Assembly: GCA_964016885.1 (NCBI GenBank)
Contig: OZ024740.1
Location: forward strand, 395,312,001 to 395,376,000
Source of the DNA: Eledone cirrhosa
Lineage: Eukaryota
DNA: 64,000 bases
Direction: 5' to 3'
The notes below the pieces were generated by a model that had not been told where the DNA came from, made no database searches, and was given only the letters and a program-made list of their open reading frames with translations. The translations under genes were made by a program, and so were the position numbers. This document shows, in pieces, positions 1-13,658 of the stretch. The stretch's first letter is position 1, and each line of letters starts with the position of its first letter.

Positions 1-403
1 TCAACTGTTTTAATTGGTCTTTGTAGTATTGCATGGGGTGGACAAATAATCTCTTTCCTAACCTGATACAAATTAGAAATAGCAGTTAATTATGCCTCAA
101 ATCATTCCTGAGGAAAAATAGAACAAAAAACACCTAGGTTAATGGGTATTAGATAAACTGTGGCTGGAGGGAAAAACAACATAGCTAAACACCTTTAATC
201 AGAGAAGACTTGGTGGTAAAATAAACAAGAACAATGAGAAATACCTATAAATACATTATCTGAAATCATAGCAATTGATTTGGGAATATTTCGACATGTA
301 TTATTAACTTATTTTCAATAGATGAAAGAATCAATGAAACTATTGATAAAAAACTGCTTAAGTCACTACACAAGTAAATTATTTAATGCACCATACACAC
401 ACA

Positions 404-477
<74 letters not shown>

Positions 478-829
478 CAAAAGGAGGGTGAGAGAGAGCC
501 AAACACACACACACACACATATATATATATAGAAAATATATATGTATGATCTATAGGTCAGCTCAGTGCAATATTTAATCGCTAATGACACAGCATAACA
601 GGTAGTTGGTACTATGACATTATATCTATTTGAATTGACATAATAGGAGGGCGGGACAGAGAGAGAGAGAGAAAATAGAGGAGAGAGAGAGGGGGAGAGA
701 GAGAGAGAGTAAGCAGTCAGTTAGGAAGTGCTTGCTCCCATTTATTTGATGTCCATTTTCCATCACTTTCTATATTTCAGTGTCTGCTCATGCCTATCTA
801 TCTTTCATTGCCATGCTTTGACACATAGA

Positions 830-965
830 GTTACGGGCCTTGCTATTCTGAGTTCAAATCCCGCCAAGGTTAACTTTGCCTTTCATCCTTACGGGGTCGA
901 TAAAATAAAGTACCAGTAATGCACTGGGTAATTGCTGGCCTTGTGCCAAAAGTAGAAATAATTAT
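830..965 (+). mobile_element. SINE family 1 fragment (tRNA-derived, B-box plus conserved core)
   Basis: 'ctgagttcaaatcccgccaaggttaactttgcctttcatccttacggggtcgataaaataaagtacc' recurs at ~5480, 34420-34770 (-, two copies), 38270-38450, 41510-41635, 55020-55350 and 57945-58085; GAGTTCAAATCC matches the Pol III B-box. Confidence 0.75.
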
Positions 966-1159
966 AATAATTTCTTTTCCACCTTTTTCAGCACTGTCAC
1001 TGTTTTCTCTTTCCCCATATTTTCATTTCTTCATTTCTATATTGTGTCAGAAAGAGGAGAAGCAGCAAACAAGAGAGATTTAGCCTTTTATAATACATAC
1101 ATATGTGATATAAAAGTAGGTTAATAACGGATTAACGAACACAAAATATACCAAGTATA

Positions 1160-2338
1160 CAAGGGTCGGCTGGAATGTTCATAGGCTGATCAAGATACCA
1201 AATGAGGTAATTTTTCAACAATGCCATCCTTGTGATCCATACACTTCTTCAATCAGTGTTGCAGTGCTTGGATCTCATTGGTGAAGAAGCTTTCATATTG
1301 TTGGTAAAAAGGTTATCAACAGCAGACTTGGCGTCATAATCATTGGTTCCCAGCCAAGTGTTTTTCATGTTGGGGAACACATGATAGTTAGATGGGACCA
1401 ATATGGAGAGTGATCAAACAGTTTAAAACCACAGTCATGCACAGCATTGAAACCAAGTCCTGGAGCATTGCCCTGATGAAACAAGACCACTTTCATCAGC
1501 CTTTCATAGTTGCCTCAGCAAGTTAGCATAGTACTTTCCATTGATAGTGTGACCGTTTAAAAGATAGTCAAAAAGCACAATACCTTTTGCATCCCCCAAA
1601 ACTGAGGCCATCACCTTCCCTACTGATGAAACAACCTTGACTTTCTTTGGAGCAGGTGAGGAGTGGTGTATCCACTGCATGGATTGTCTCTTTGTCTTTG
1701 GCTCAATGTGATGAATCCTAAACTTATCCTGGATTAGGAATGTTCAAGGAAACCAGCTGGATCTGTCTCAAACAATGTCATATTTTACCATGATGTGATC
1801 AACCTAGTGCACTTTTTATCAGGTGTCAGAAGACATGGCACCCACAAAGCAGAAACCTTCATCATGCCAAGTTCATTGTACAAAATATTCCCAACTCTCT
1901 CATGGAGTATGATAATTGCATCGGCTATTTGATTTATAGTCAATTGCCTGTCATCCATCAGCATGTGATGATAACGATCAATGTTTTCCTCATTGGTGGG
2001 AGTTACAGACCTTGCGTCATCTTCAATTCTCCCTTTTCACCGCCTATATTCAGCCGCCCACTTTTTCACTGTTGATAAAGCTGGAACGTCATCCCTTAAT
2101 ATAGTCCTTGGGGGCTAAGCCGTTTTTCTGCATGTACTTCATAACACCACAATACCAAAGTTTGTCCATTTTCAAGAGATGTCGCTACTAATTACTTTTG
2201 AAGGCTTCTTTGAGCAGTCAGATGTCAGTTTACATGGAAAGAAACAACTTAGTTATTAATAAGAAGAGTTGAAATTAATGCATTCAATATTTCACAGCTC
2301 TAGCATAGTCAGCTGATGAACATTTCAGCCCACCTTTG
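1160..2338 (-). mobile_element. Decayed Tc1/mariner DNA transposon (~1.18 kb)
   Basis: Imperfect ~30-bp TIRs (caagggtcggctggaatgttcataggctga vs revcomp caaaggtgggctgaaatgttcatcagctga), each flanked by TA; size typical of mariner; no intact transposase ORF; strand inferred from degenerate mariner-like coding remnants. Confidence 0.75.
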
Positions 2339-3620
2339 TATATATAGATATATAGATGGATAGATGGATGGATGAATGGACAGATGGGGATTCTGCCAAT
2401 AAAACACAATAGATCACTTTTTTATTATTAATTATTTTTTTAAGAATCAAAGATCCCTGCCATGCATTCAACAGAAGGAGATCAGCATTTATATGCTACC
2501 AGCATACCATAAATTAACATTATAGATTGATATAGGAATTCTTCTCTCACCCTAACATGGTCCGATGCTCAGACAAGTTACAAAGTCAGTTTCACACTAA
2601 AAGAATTAGCAAAACATAATCATTTCCTAATAGAAAGAATGGGCGGATAATAAAAACCCCAGACATAAATAACAATAAAACACTAATAGTAATAGTGTAA
2701 TATTAATTCACAGAGTGTATAGTGCAGTATGGTGTATTATGTAACATAGTACAACTGCTAAACAAACTAGTGATATCTGTGTGTCTGCTTGCACATGTGT
2801 GTGAAAATATATATGTATAAAAATGTTGAGACATAAGCACATTTGTATGAGTGTAGGTGTGTGTTTATCCACAATTAAGTGCACTATGAGCCAATGCATA
2901 AATTTGACCCTCTAGAAATAGAAGTAAAATCTCCCTTAAATCTGCTATATCAAAATGTGATGGAAACAATGAAGAGTATAGTCCTAAATATACTATATCT
3001 GAAAATAGAGAAGGATGACCATTACAGCTGTCAAGCCAATGAGGAAACCTCTATACATCAGTTTAAACTGAGAGAGATAGCAGTAAAATGTTTCTTCCTC
3101 TAGTCACACATGTTTATCTTTCAGAAAGAATTGCAGTGTCTGTATAACAGACAGGTTAATTACAAGTAGAATTACCCTAGATCATAGATATGCTTGATCA
3201 ATTCTAACCTGTAAATAAACAATAACATCAATAACAAAACAAAACAGATGAAATGGGTGGGACTTAATTAAAAGCAAAATTCTGTATCTGACCCCAAAAC
3301 ATATATAAAACAGCTGCAGTAAATAGGAACCTACCATCACTTGGAGTTGATATGTTTGCACATTTAGCCATTTTGCCTTCTATCTACATGAAAATGAAAG
3401 CAATGAGGAAATGAAAGAAACTATTTCAAATAGTAAAGATATCAGACGAAAAAGTGATGTAAGACTTTAGTCACATCAAAAATTGAATGAGTTCCAGCTG
3501 GCAACTTAGATTTTACCGATAGTAATCTATCACAATGGGATGACTGATATCAGACTTCTGTCTCCTTACAACAAACTATTCAACACCAATATATCCAGTG
3601 TAACAGATGTTTGAATCTGG

Positions 3621-3660
<40 letters not shown>

Positions 3661-4244
3661 GCACACATACATACGTATATATATATATATATGTGTGTGT
3701 GGGGAAAAACAAATAACATTGCATAAGAAAAATAGTAATAAAGAGTTGTAGAGACAGCTAATGTTTTCATGTGCACATAGAAAGTTACAGTACGCAACAA
3801 AAAGAAATAAGTTCATACAAATTAAATTATAGTTTTTTTAAAGTGAGGGTGTAGAAAGAATCACAATTATTTCATTTCTATTTGAACAGACCGGTTTCAA
3901 CTATGGATAGCTTTTCAAAGATTCATTTTAAAGGTTACATTTGAGCTGGTGTTGTGTAGTTTTTAATGTGTCGCTATGTTATTACTTACAGTGCCAAAAG
4001 ATACATAACTCCATCACAAATCTAACCTAGTTTGGTAAACGGATGTATATGAATGCACACATTGATAAACTTGTACCTATGTGAAAGTTTTTAATTTGTT
4101 ATTAAGTTTTTCTAATATTTGCAAAAGAGTCATAAAAAAAATATAAGAAAAATCGAGTAAAGTTAAAATTTGAACATAATCATGCATTTGATAAACATAT
4201 ATATGTGTATGTATGCAGGTGTATATATATATATATATATATAT

Positions 4245-4340
4245 CAAAAAGAGTTATAGCACAGCTGATTAGGGACTGGGTAAATCTAGATGAGATGCAG
4301 TTTGGATTTATACCAAATAAAAGCACCACAGATTCTCTTC
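4245..4340 (+). mobile_element. RTE-clade LINE RT micro-fragment starting at a (TA)n tract
   Basis: KRVIAQLIRDWVNLDEMQFGFIP nearly matches ERVIAQLIRDRVKLDEMQFGFVP in the 14842-15831 ORF. Confidence 0.8.
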
Positions 4341-4792
4341 ACTTGGGGTCACAGTGTCTGACACAAGCCAAAGTGCTGTCCATGGAGTAAGTGACAAGAC
4401 AAAACAATAATTTATAGCAATTAAGCTATAACATGTACACATAGAATTTTATGTGACGCCAGGGAGAAAGTATTGTACTTATAGAACGAGGATCTTGTGG
4501 GACAAATATATATATGCACAAAGTTAATAGAAATTACAAAGTAAACAACACACACAGTACAATGAAGGCATATTAATGCTTCATATAGTAGGAAAAGAGT
4601 CTATATGACAACATCACTTGTGCTAGTACCATAATAAAAAGCATCCAGAACATGCTGTAAAGTGTGAAAATCTATGTAAGCAAGATGCAACCCTGGTCCA
4701 GATGAGAGGTCAGTAGCACTAATTAAATACTGACTCAGTCTGTGATGACCTGTTCAACCCTTGCTAGCAGATAAAATTGACATTAAATGATA

Positions 4793-4846
<54 letters not shown>

Positions 4847-5277
4847 GATGTGTTTGTATTTCACACATCTTTTTATTAGACGAAATAAGGAAATAAATTT
4901 ATGTCAAAGAAACGGGTGTTTGTTAGGTCGGTGTGTGGTGTGAGGTTGTATAAGAATTAAAGGAATGATAGAAAAGAAGGAAAGAATCAACAGAGAGAAA
5001 ACTGTCCTCAATCCATCTTAACTCTTGTTTTGAAGAAATTCATACAACACAAATGTCAATCAAAGACTTCTGTGAGAAGCTACCAATAAAAGTTTTACCG
5101 GAATTATTTTTAACTTCTCAAGACATTGATAAAAGTTCAGTTTATAAATCAATACTTATAGTGTTTGAATGTTTAATGATAAGACATTATCTGAACAGAA
5201 ACAAAAGCAAGTATTGAAGGAATATATTTCTCTTTTAGAAGGTAGTGGATATACAGAATCTTTAGGAGCAGTGGATA

Positions 5278-5309
<32 letters not shown>

Positions 5310-5604
5310 TATCACCATCACCATCATCATCCATTCATTCATTCATTAACAGCCAGAGATGCCCTTTAATCCTTTTAGTCACATATTACAACATACAAAG
5401 ATGTGGGATACATATTCTAAAAACTGGGATATATATACAAGCATGTCTGCAGTACTTAGTCATGAGATTTTACATTCTGCATTCAAATCCTGGCCTGAGG
5501 TAAAATTTGCTTTTCATCCTTCTAGGGTCTATAAAATAAAGTAGCAGTCATGTAGTTGAACAAATTTGTTATGCTTATATGTCATCATAGATGTGAATAG
5601 AATA

Positions 5605-5990
5605 ATAATAAAAGAATAAGACTGTTTATTGAGATGTTATGCTATAGGCGTGCACTTAGAATTAGCTGGAGAGCTCACAGAACAAATGAATCTGTCCTGG
5701 AAGAGTTTGGTGCCAATGGACAGTTGGTTGAAACAGGAATGAAAAGAAAACTTCTGTATGTTGGTCATGTCATCAGGGCCCAAAATTTGACAACCTACAT
5801 CCTTGAAAAACAAATACAGATCAAAAGGGCCAGGGGATGGTAGAAAAGGAAATGGACAGATGGCATTAAGAAATGGACAGGAAGGAGTTTGGTGGAATGT
5901 ACAGCAATGGCAAGAGACAGGAAAAGATGGATAGTGCTGGTCCTTAAGTCCATGAACCCTGATCCTCAGATATAAGGATGGGACGAGAAG
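5605..5990 (+). mobile_element. RTE-type LINE C-terminal/3' fragment (second family)
   Basis: EMLCYRRALRISWRAHRTNESVL...KRKLLYVGHVIR...RARG, typical RTE post-RT region, degenerate. Confidence 0.75.
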
Positions 5991-6809
5991 GAAGGAATGT
6001 GAAATGCTTGACCAGATGTATGGTCAAAGGCATTCAAACTATGTATATCTATAATCAGATTATCCAACGAGTCTTTCTTTTTTTAAAGTGGTAGGGTGTT
6101 TTGAGAGATATATGGTGGATATTTGTAGCTGGTCAAGCAACCATGTAGAGACTTTCTCATTGGCTTAAATTGTCTCTGTTTTTGTTTAGCACCAGGTCAA
6201 TTATGATCGAGCAAGACTACCATCAAAGGAATGTTAGCCATATTTTCCAATGTATCCCTCTTTTTATAAAGCAACAAAGTATGATTTTTGGGTAATTTGG
6301 CTTCTATTTCTAGCAACACAAACAAATACATTTAGCATGAGGATGAATACCTCACTTGCATTCACATTTAAAACTGCTTGTTGCTGATGTCTTTAAAAAT
6401 CCATATGAAATTAATGGTTTGAGCCTTTAAAATCAAAACTTAATTGCTAAACATCTTATAATAGATGTCAGAAGCAATTGTGATTTGAATAATCTCTTCC
6501 TTTTCATGCCATTCACTGTTGAGACTTCAGACTATAAAAAGCTGTTTGCCTTCACAGCATTGTGGTGAGTGCATCCTACATGAAAAAGAAGCCTTGTGAG
6601 GTAGAGTGACTGATGCAACAGGTGTCACTGGCTATTCCCCATGGCAATGCATTTGCTATTTTGTCTATGGGGTGCAGCTGACATACTACCTAGCCTAGGG
6701 TGTAGAGTCTGCCACTCTCTTACCCCTAACTGTAACTATTCAGGTTTTTCTCTTTCTTTTTCAATTTTTTTTTTTACATGCAATCTTTGGCTGGGGCAAG
6801 GCACCAGCC

Positions 6810-7610
6810 AGATAAAGGGTGACTTGGTGGTGAAGCAGCACCATTAGATAGAGCTATTAAAGCCCAGAGATAGGTATGAAAAGACTGGAAAGATGGGGGC
6901 AGCAGAGACCAATACCAAGCAGCTAAAAGAAAGGATAGGTGACAGATATACATAGCATGAAAATAGGCTGAAAGAAGGAGGTTTGCCAATGTCTTGTCAT
7001 GTGAAGATCAGAGATTAGCAGTGGCAGAAGGTTCCCTGAGAACATTGTAGCTAGAATAAGGACAGGATGGAAGAAGTTTAGAGAACTGCTACCTCTGTTG
7101 ACTCTAAAAGGTTTCGCCCTATGAATGAAAAGTCGGCTGTATGATGCCTGTGTGTGAAGTGCAATACAGCAAGGTAGTGAGACATAGGCAGTGAACGCAG
7201 AGGACATTGCAAAGGCTGGAGAGAAATGAAGCAAGCATGCTTCAATCGATGTGCAATGTTCATGTGCAAGAATGACAAAACATGGAAGAACCGAGGGAGA
7301 AACTGGGTATAAGAGGAATCAAATGTAATGTGCAGGAGAGTAGACTGCGTTGGTATGGACATGTGATGCACATGGATGATGATCACTGGGTGAAGAAGTG
7401 CCAAGTAATCCCTGTGGAAGGAAGTTACAGTGGAGGAAGACCAAAGAAGACGTAGATGGCAGTAGTGAGAGATGATCTCAAATCAGTGAAACTCACAGAG
7501 ATGACAAAGGAACGTGATAAGGGAAGAGGTACTGTATTGAAAAGAACTCATCCAACCAATGCAAGCATGGAACAACAGATGTAAAATTATGATGATGGTG
7601 ATGATGAATT
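6810..7610 (+). mobile_element. RTE LINE remnant with internal deletion of the RT core
   Basis: Pre-RT region (WKDWKDGGSRDQYQAAKR...EDQR) fused at ~7013 to the post-RT region (ARIRTGWKKFRELLPLLTLKGF...RLRWYGHVM); ends in (gat)n tail; homologous to 13659-15831. Confidence 0.8.
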
Positions 7611-7982
7611 GGTAAATCAGAGCAATCAATAAAGTGCAGGAACATAGGTAAGTGGGATGCAGGCACCCAGCCAATTTAACAGGTTAGTAGCGGTATTTCA
7701 ATACTGACCTGTCTGTGCAACCCACCCAACCTTTGCTAATAGGGAAAATGGATATTAAACAATGATTATGGTGATAATGATGAACACATATAAATCATAT
7801 ATATTTAAAACTGCTTTATGAAATATTTAATGAGCAATTTGAAATGGGACCTATATTTCACACTTGGGCCTATTGTTGACAAAAAACATGAATTTTATAT
7901 CTTGTAAGAACGCTTTATCAGCTTTGTATAGTCAATATTTCTTTCACTTCTTTTTTCAAGATTGCAGATTATTATTTGTGGG

Positions 7983-8149
7983 CAGTGCCAGATTTAGGAC
8001 AAATGTGGCCCTGTGCTAGTTAAGTTACGAGGCCCCAAATATTTGAAAATTTCATCATAAAATATGTTTTTTGGCAGGAAGATGCCCCACCTGGCCAAAA
8101 AAAGCCCTGTGCTTAAGCACACTTAAGCACAATGGTAAATACAGCACTG
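7983..8149. mobile_element. hAT-like MITE
   Basis: TIRs cagtgccagattta / taaatacagcactg; 8-bp TSD tttgtggg / tttgtagg (1 mismatch). Confidence 0.7.
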
Positions 8150-9287
8150 TTTGTAGGTAAGGCAATTCTAGCAGACTTACTGACAATATAGAGATTGCCT
8201 TGTTGGTTCAACATTGGGCAGAACGGTTACATATGTAAAACTTCTCTGTTAACTGTATCTATTGAGAGTAATGGTAGCTGATGATGACAATCATAAATAC
8301 TTGCAAATTATTTCGAACTAAACATAATTCCTACTGTACAACTATATCTACAGATCTTATACTTTCAGATATCAACATATCTTAAGCATTCACAAACATT
8401 AGCTAAAATGTCAATAGACTGGAAGAGCAATTCTCTGGAAATGAGAGAAGAACAATAAAGTTGATAGGAAATTCCTTTAGGCTATGTGGCTGATAAGAAA
8501 AACAAAATGATATGATATTCAAGAAGCTGTCTAAGAAATTTCCAGCTTGGAACAACAAAACACAGGAGGAAATTTATTTATGTATGTATTTATTATGCAA
8601 CTGTGCACACATTATCCTTTTCTGGCTTAAGGGCCTCAATTGAGCATTATCTTCTAATTCAGTGATTCCTTCAAGTAAGTTGCTATGCCATTGCAAAAGT
8701 GTCTTTTACTGTATGAAATACACAATCTTTAATTTGAATACACACATACAATCATCACATGCACATATAATTTCAATAGCTATTCAATTATCTCTCAAAC
8801 AGAATTCAGAATAACATTCAATAAAATTGAAATCATTATTCTTGTTTAGTTCCACCTGTTCTCATTCAAACCAAGTGTAATATCCCATAAACTGATTGAT
8901 TGATTGGTTTGGATAACACTGGACATTATGTGGATTCAAACGAAGAAAAATCCATATTAACTACATTTAACAAGCTTATACAATAATTTGAACTTAGCTC
9001 TGTGACCTAAACCATTAATTATATTGTAATAGCAAAACTATCTTCTCACTGATCTTTATAATAATGAAAGGCACCTCATTGTGATATAAATTACCGTAGA
9101 CTGAAATTTTGAATGTTAAATATTTTAGAGTGCAGAGAAACAGATCTGTGATAGTAAATATAAACATCACCCATCATTAGTTCTAACTTTCATAAATATA
9201 GAAGGACTATAAAGTTAATAGCACCTTTGTTTTATGATAACAACTCTGAATATGATTTAGGATCCTGCATCAGTGTCTATTCATTCA

Positions 9288-9672
9288 CCCTTTAGTATTT
9301 AAACCAGCTGTATCTGGCCAGAATTCTCTCACCTATTTCTGTTCAAGATGACCATAGCCAGCTGCTGATACTTATGTTAAGGTATTGTTATCAAAATAAA
9401 TTACCACATTGTATTTCCCGGTGCCGAAGACGCTTCGTCCTCGAGGACGCACCTAATTTTGACAACCAAAAATTTGAAAAGAATACTAAACAACCTTCGG
9501 CCTCCAGAAGGCATGGTAGATTTTTGAGATTTATTTTAGGAAAAAGGTAGCATCTTTGACGCCGGGAAATACGGTATATCAAAATCTCATAGATTCGATA
9601 TGTGGGATAATTATGTGAGATAAAGTATTTACTGTGAAAATACAATAGTATATATATGTAAATGCTAAAGGG
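9288..9672. mobile_element. piggyBac-like MITE (CCCTTT...AAAGGG TTAA) interrupted by a nested MITE
   Basis: Homologous to the uninterrupted copy at 37377-37583; right end aaaggg|ttaa, left flank ttca (mutated TTAA). Confidence 0.7.
9409..9574. mobile_element. Tc2/pogo-type MITE nested in the piggyBac-like MITE
   Basis: TIRs ttgtatttcccggtgccgaagacgc / revcomp ccgtatttcccggcgtcaaagatgc, TA at the right end; absent from the 37.4-kb host copy. Confidence 0.7.
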
Positions 9673-9804
9673 TTAAATTAACATATAAGAGTATTCTACA
9701 AACATGTGTATCTTTAAGCATGATTCTTAGTTATATATGGTATGCCACAATATGCGACTAGACTGGATATTTCAATTACAAACACAATCTATCTGATTAA
9801 CTTG

Positions 9805-9955
9805 CACAGTTTCTGTCTCCCCAGCTTTTACTCACAGGCTTGGGTTGGTTTGAGACTATAATAAAAAAAATACTTACTTGAGATCCAACACACCAGGTTA
9901 AAGCCCAGAACCTCATGATTGAGAAGGGAACATTTGAACCATTTAGCCATGACTG
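9805..9955 (-). mobile_element. tRNA-derived SINE family 3 (degenerate)
   Basis: Similar degenerate copies at ~10690-10830, 11180-11320 and 52365-52495 with A/B-box-like head on the minus strand. Confidence 0.55.
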
Positions 9956-10570
9956 CATCCACTCTCTCTATACAAGTGTATAAGCACCATAAAGAGGAGG
10001 TAAGCTTCAAGAAAATTAAGTGTGTCTATACTGTAGATGTGATTCCAGATTGAGCCATTGCATTTCACAGTTCGTTAGCAGTGATTTCTGAATATAATCT
10101 ACCATTTGAAGAGTGAAAAGATACTTTTTGAAAGATTATGGGATACTTTCTTCTTTTTGTATCCATATTTAGAACTAGGGGACATAGTAATTACTTTTTT
10201 GTTCATCCTTTTTCATGAAACTATAAATCACTGATCCACATCATGCACTCTCTCTCTCTCTCTCTCTCTCTCCACACCCACACACACATATATTTCTAAT
10301 ATATCTAAAATCATCATCACTCTCGTTTTTGTCTCCACTTTTCTGAGCTGGTAGTTTTCCTTTGGCTGGATGCCTTCCCAATGCCAGCCTGTACTATATG
10401 TTCTATAAGTATTCTATGTATTGCTGACATTCATTAAACCACTAAGGGATGGTGTGTACTATTTATGAAAGGCATAAATAAACGGCACCACTTTCTTTGT
10501 TTTATAAACAGTGTAAATATGAAAAGCACACAGCTACTTATACTTACATACATAAATACATGCACACATA

Positions 10571-10680
<110 letters not shown>

Positions 10681-12374
10681 CTGGGCTTCTTTACAATTTC
10701 TGTCTGCCAAATTCATTCACAAGACATAGGTCACCTTAATGTTTATAGGAAAAGAATTTACCCAAGGTCCCACGCATGGTGATCAAACTCAGAACTATGT
10801 GACACAAACTTTTTACCCACAGTCATAACTGTTTATAATTCATATACTTATCTATTTATTGGAATTAGTAATCTAGTATCTAGAATCAGTCCAATGAGTG
10901 AGTCTCTATTTAGCTATTCAACCAGCTAAAAATAGTAGCAAAGTCTCACTCATATCCAGCAATCATATTAAAAGATAGAAAGATAGAAAGAACGCATTAA
11001 ATAAATGGATCTATATTGTTTTCAGTAATGAGCATTCCAGGTATTCAATCAACTACCTGCTCATTGCTTTCATTTCAGACTCATCTACCTTTATTATAAT
11101 CCTCATAAAAAATTAGTGGAACATATTGTATAAGGCTGGACCTTACAATTACTGGTGCAATACATCCAATGGAATTCCATGCAGTTTCAATTTACCCTAT
11201 TCCATAAAGCTTTGGTCAACCTGATACTATGATAAAAGACAGTTGCCTAAAATGCCAAGTAGTTAAATGATACCTTAATAATCATGATTGTGAAGCAAAC
11301 TTCTTAAGCATCCACCTATGCTACAATCACATATTAGATAATGTTAACTTAAATACCCTTAGAAAAACAAATGGTTAAGGGTGAAATGTATTTTATGGAA
11401 TGATTCCTCAGTTAGGGTTGACCTGGAGCTAAACAATAACAACAACGCCTTTGATCAACTCTAATTCAATTTGCCAATGTATTATTAGTTACTTCTGCTA
11501 ATGGCAGAATCATTCAATTAACACTCTAGTCATTGTCATACTAGTCCTTCTTGTGTGATATGTTGTCTTAAGACACAGAAATTAAATATAGGTTTCTTAT
11601 TTTAAAAAAGAATAGAGAAATTTGATAATTCTTTCATTACCATAGTTCTATTAGCTGACAGTGCATATTATTTTCAAATCATTTTGAAAACAATTGAGAA
11701 TTTGGAGGAATTTAGTAATATAATAAAATTTCTCATCATCAAGCTGGTATTTGGAACATAAGTTACAAAAGGTTCTTACATAAAATTATGGTAGAAGGTT
11801 TCTTTTAGATAAAAATAATCAAGTGCAGTTTCAGGCAATTTGGTTTGATTTTCAGTGAGTATGCTAAGTAACTATGTAAATGTTTCATGAATTGGTAACA
11901 GAGGTTAAAGATAGTTTCCTTAGTGTTGTTAAATTAGACAAAATTGTAGAAAAGATGAGTCTGTGAGGAAGAACATCTGAAGATTCATGGAACTAAACTG
12001 GGCTAAATATGTATTCTACAAATTCATTCTGCAAATGCAAACAAACAAAACACTTCTAAAATTCCTTTGGCTCTCCAACACATCTCCCTCACCTTCCCTA
12101 TTCTGTCCGCTGGGACTGCGGAGTGGTCAGTGCATGGGCCCTTATTTGCTCATAATAATGAGAGGTGGGGAGAGCAGGAGAGACGGAGGCAGTGACAGTG
12201 GGAGTTTGGTTCTTCTGTGTTAGGACCTGGTGTATATGTATATATGTTTCACGGATATATGTTATCACTCTGTAGCGACAAATCAGCATCAAATTTGAGA
12301 AATTGGTTGCTGTTGCTGTAGTAAATTTAGCTGACCTCTCATGAGGTTGATTTAATGATAGTGGCCATAGTCAT

Positions 12375-13078
12375 ATCATCATCATCATCATCATCGATAA
12401 TGTCTGTCTTCCACGCTAGCATGGGTTTAAACGGGAATTGTCCTACGTGAGGCAAGATTGGTTGTCTTGCTCGTATAGGACTGTCTGGCAGGTTTTCTAT
12501 GGCTGGATGCCCTTCCTAACACCAACCACGTTTACAGTGTGGACTGAGAGGTTTTTACCGTGTTACCTACACAGCCACATTACAGCGTGGACTGTGTGTT
12601 TTTTTGTTGTGATACCTACATGACCTCATTTATTTAGGACTGGATGTTGTGGTACTAACATAGCTTTACATCGAAAGGGGTGGTGTAGATGGTGGTGGGG
12701 GTAGGGGTAGTGGGACGGGGGTGTATTTTGGTTAAGAGGTGCCTACTGACTATGGATTTCGCTTTGTACTTAGGCAAGGCGGGTCTTCTGTATTACTACA
12801 GAGCGTCAAAGATCTCGGTCCAGTGACATTGTCTTGGAGAGGTGTAAGTGTGTGAGGTCAGATTTTATCAAGTCGTCCCAGGTTTTTCTGGGTCTGCCTA
12901 CTCCGTAGCTACCGTCTATTTTGATCGCCCTGCACTTTTTTATACAGCTGTCATCTTTCATGCGCATCACGTGACCGTACCAACGTAGTCTTCTCTCGAG
13001 TAAATAGCATCTGATCCCTCTTATTCCTAATTTCTCATTTAGTTCATTTATGCTTTGCCTTTCGCGTATATTACTATA
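12375..13078 (-). mobile_element. 5'-truncated RTE LINE (C-terminus plus 3' UTR, (ATG)n tail)
   Basis: Revcomp encodes IRERQSINELNEKLGIRGIRC..RRLRWYGHVMRMKDDSCIKKCR; catcat repeats at the 3' end; 5' end stops at a (TA)n tract. Confidence 0.85.
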
Positions 13079-13092
13079 TATATATTACTATA

Positions 13093-13592
13093 TATATATA
13101 TAGTTTATTTTAACATATCTATTGAGCACTCTTATTCGATATGTGTTTTTGCCACATTTTTCCGAATATTTTTGCGGATATAAAGGTTATCTCCCTTGCT
13201 GAAATCCATGTGCGTATTTTTAGCCTGGGTCTTGTCTTTTCATCCATTCGGACAAAGCTCGTTGATGAAGTAACTCCAGTCCCCCATTTGTCTGTAAGTC
13301 TTATATTTTTATGTGAGCTGATAGATGACGGTTTAAGGATTTACAGAAACCCAAGAAGCTAGATATTCCATCTCTCTAGTGGGTCCGGGTATGCTTTTTA
13401 CATTCATTTCATTTATTGATTTATTGATAATTTATCTGAGTGTCCCGAATCTTCCATATCGAACTTTTCAGTTATTTGGTTGATTGTAGACATATTCTAC
13501 GTGTGATGGTATTTTAACAATAGTTATAGCTCTGATTTATTTGAATTATCGTGAACTCGTGCGCCGATTTTTCGATACTCGATTATTCTACT
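13093..13592. repeat. Unassigned ~500-bp CpG-containing insert flanked on both sides by (TA)n
   Basis: Sharp (TA)n boundaries; weak similarity (tagacat.tt.ta; atagctctgatt.attt) to the 30.36-30.42 kb element end; no recognisable ORF. Confidence 0.4.
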
Positions 13593-13658
13593 ATATATAT
13601 ATATATACATATATATATATTACTATATATATATATATATATATATACATATATATGT

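Noticed and set aside
3335-3460. Possible small host exons (minus 3383-3335 with tag/gtagg; plus ~3368-3458 with ag/gtaag)
   Set aside because: Splice-like signals on both strands, no recognisable protein and no partner exons; needs RNA-seq
5053-5369. Protein-looking ORF pieces ending in poly-His
   Set aside because: Short, frameshifted, poly-His comes from a (CAT)n repeat; no recognisable domain
13200-13400. SFLGFC / EYLASWV resembling LTR-retrotransposon RT on the minus strand
   Set aside because: Motifs lie in different frames amid stops; insufficient to assign
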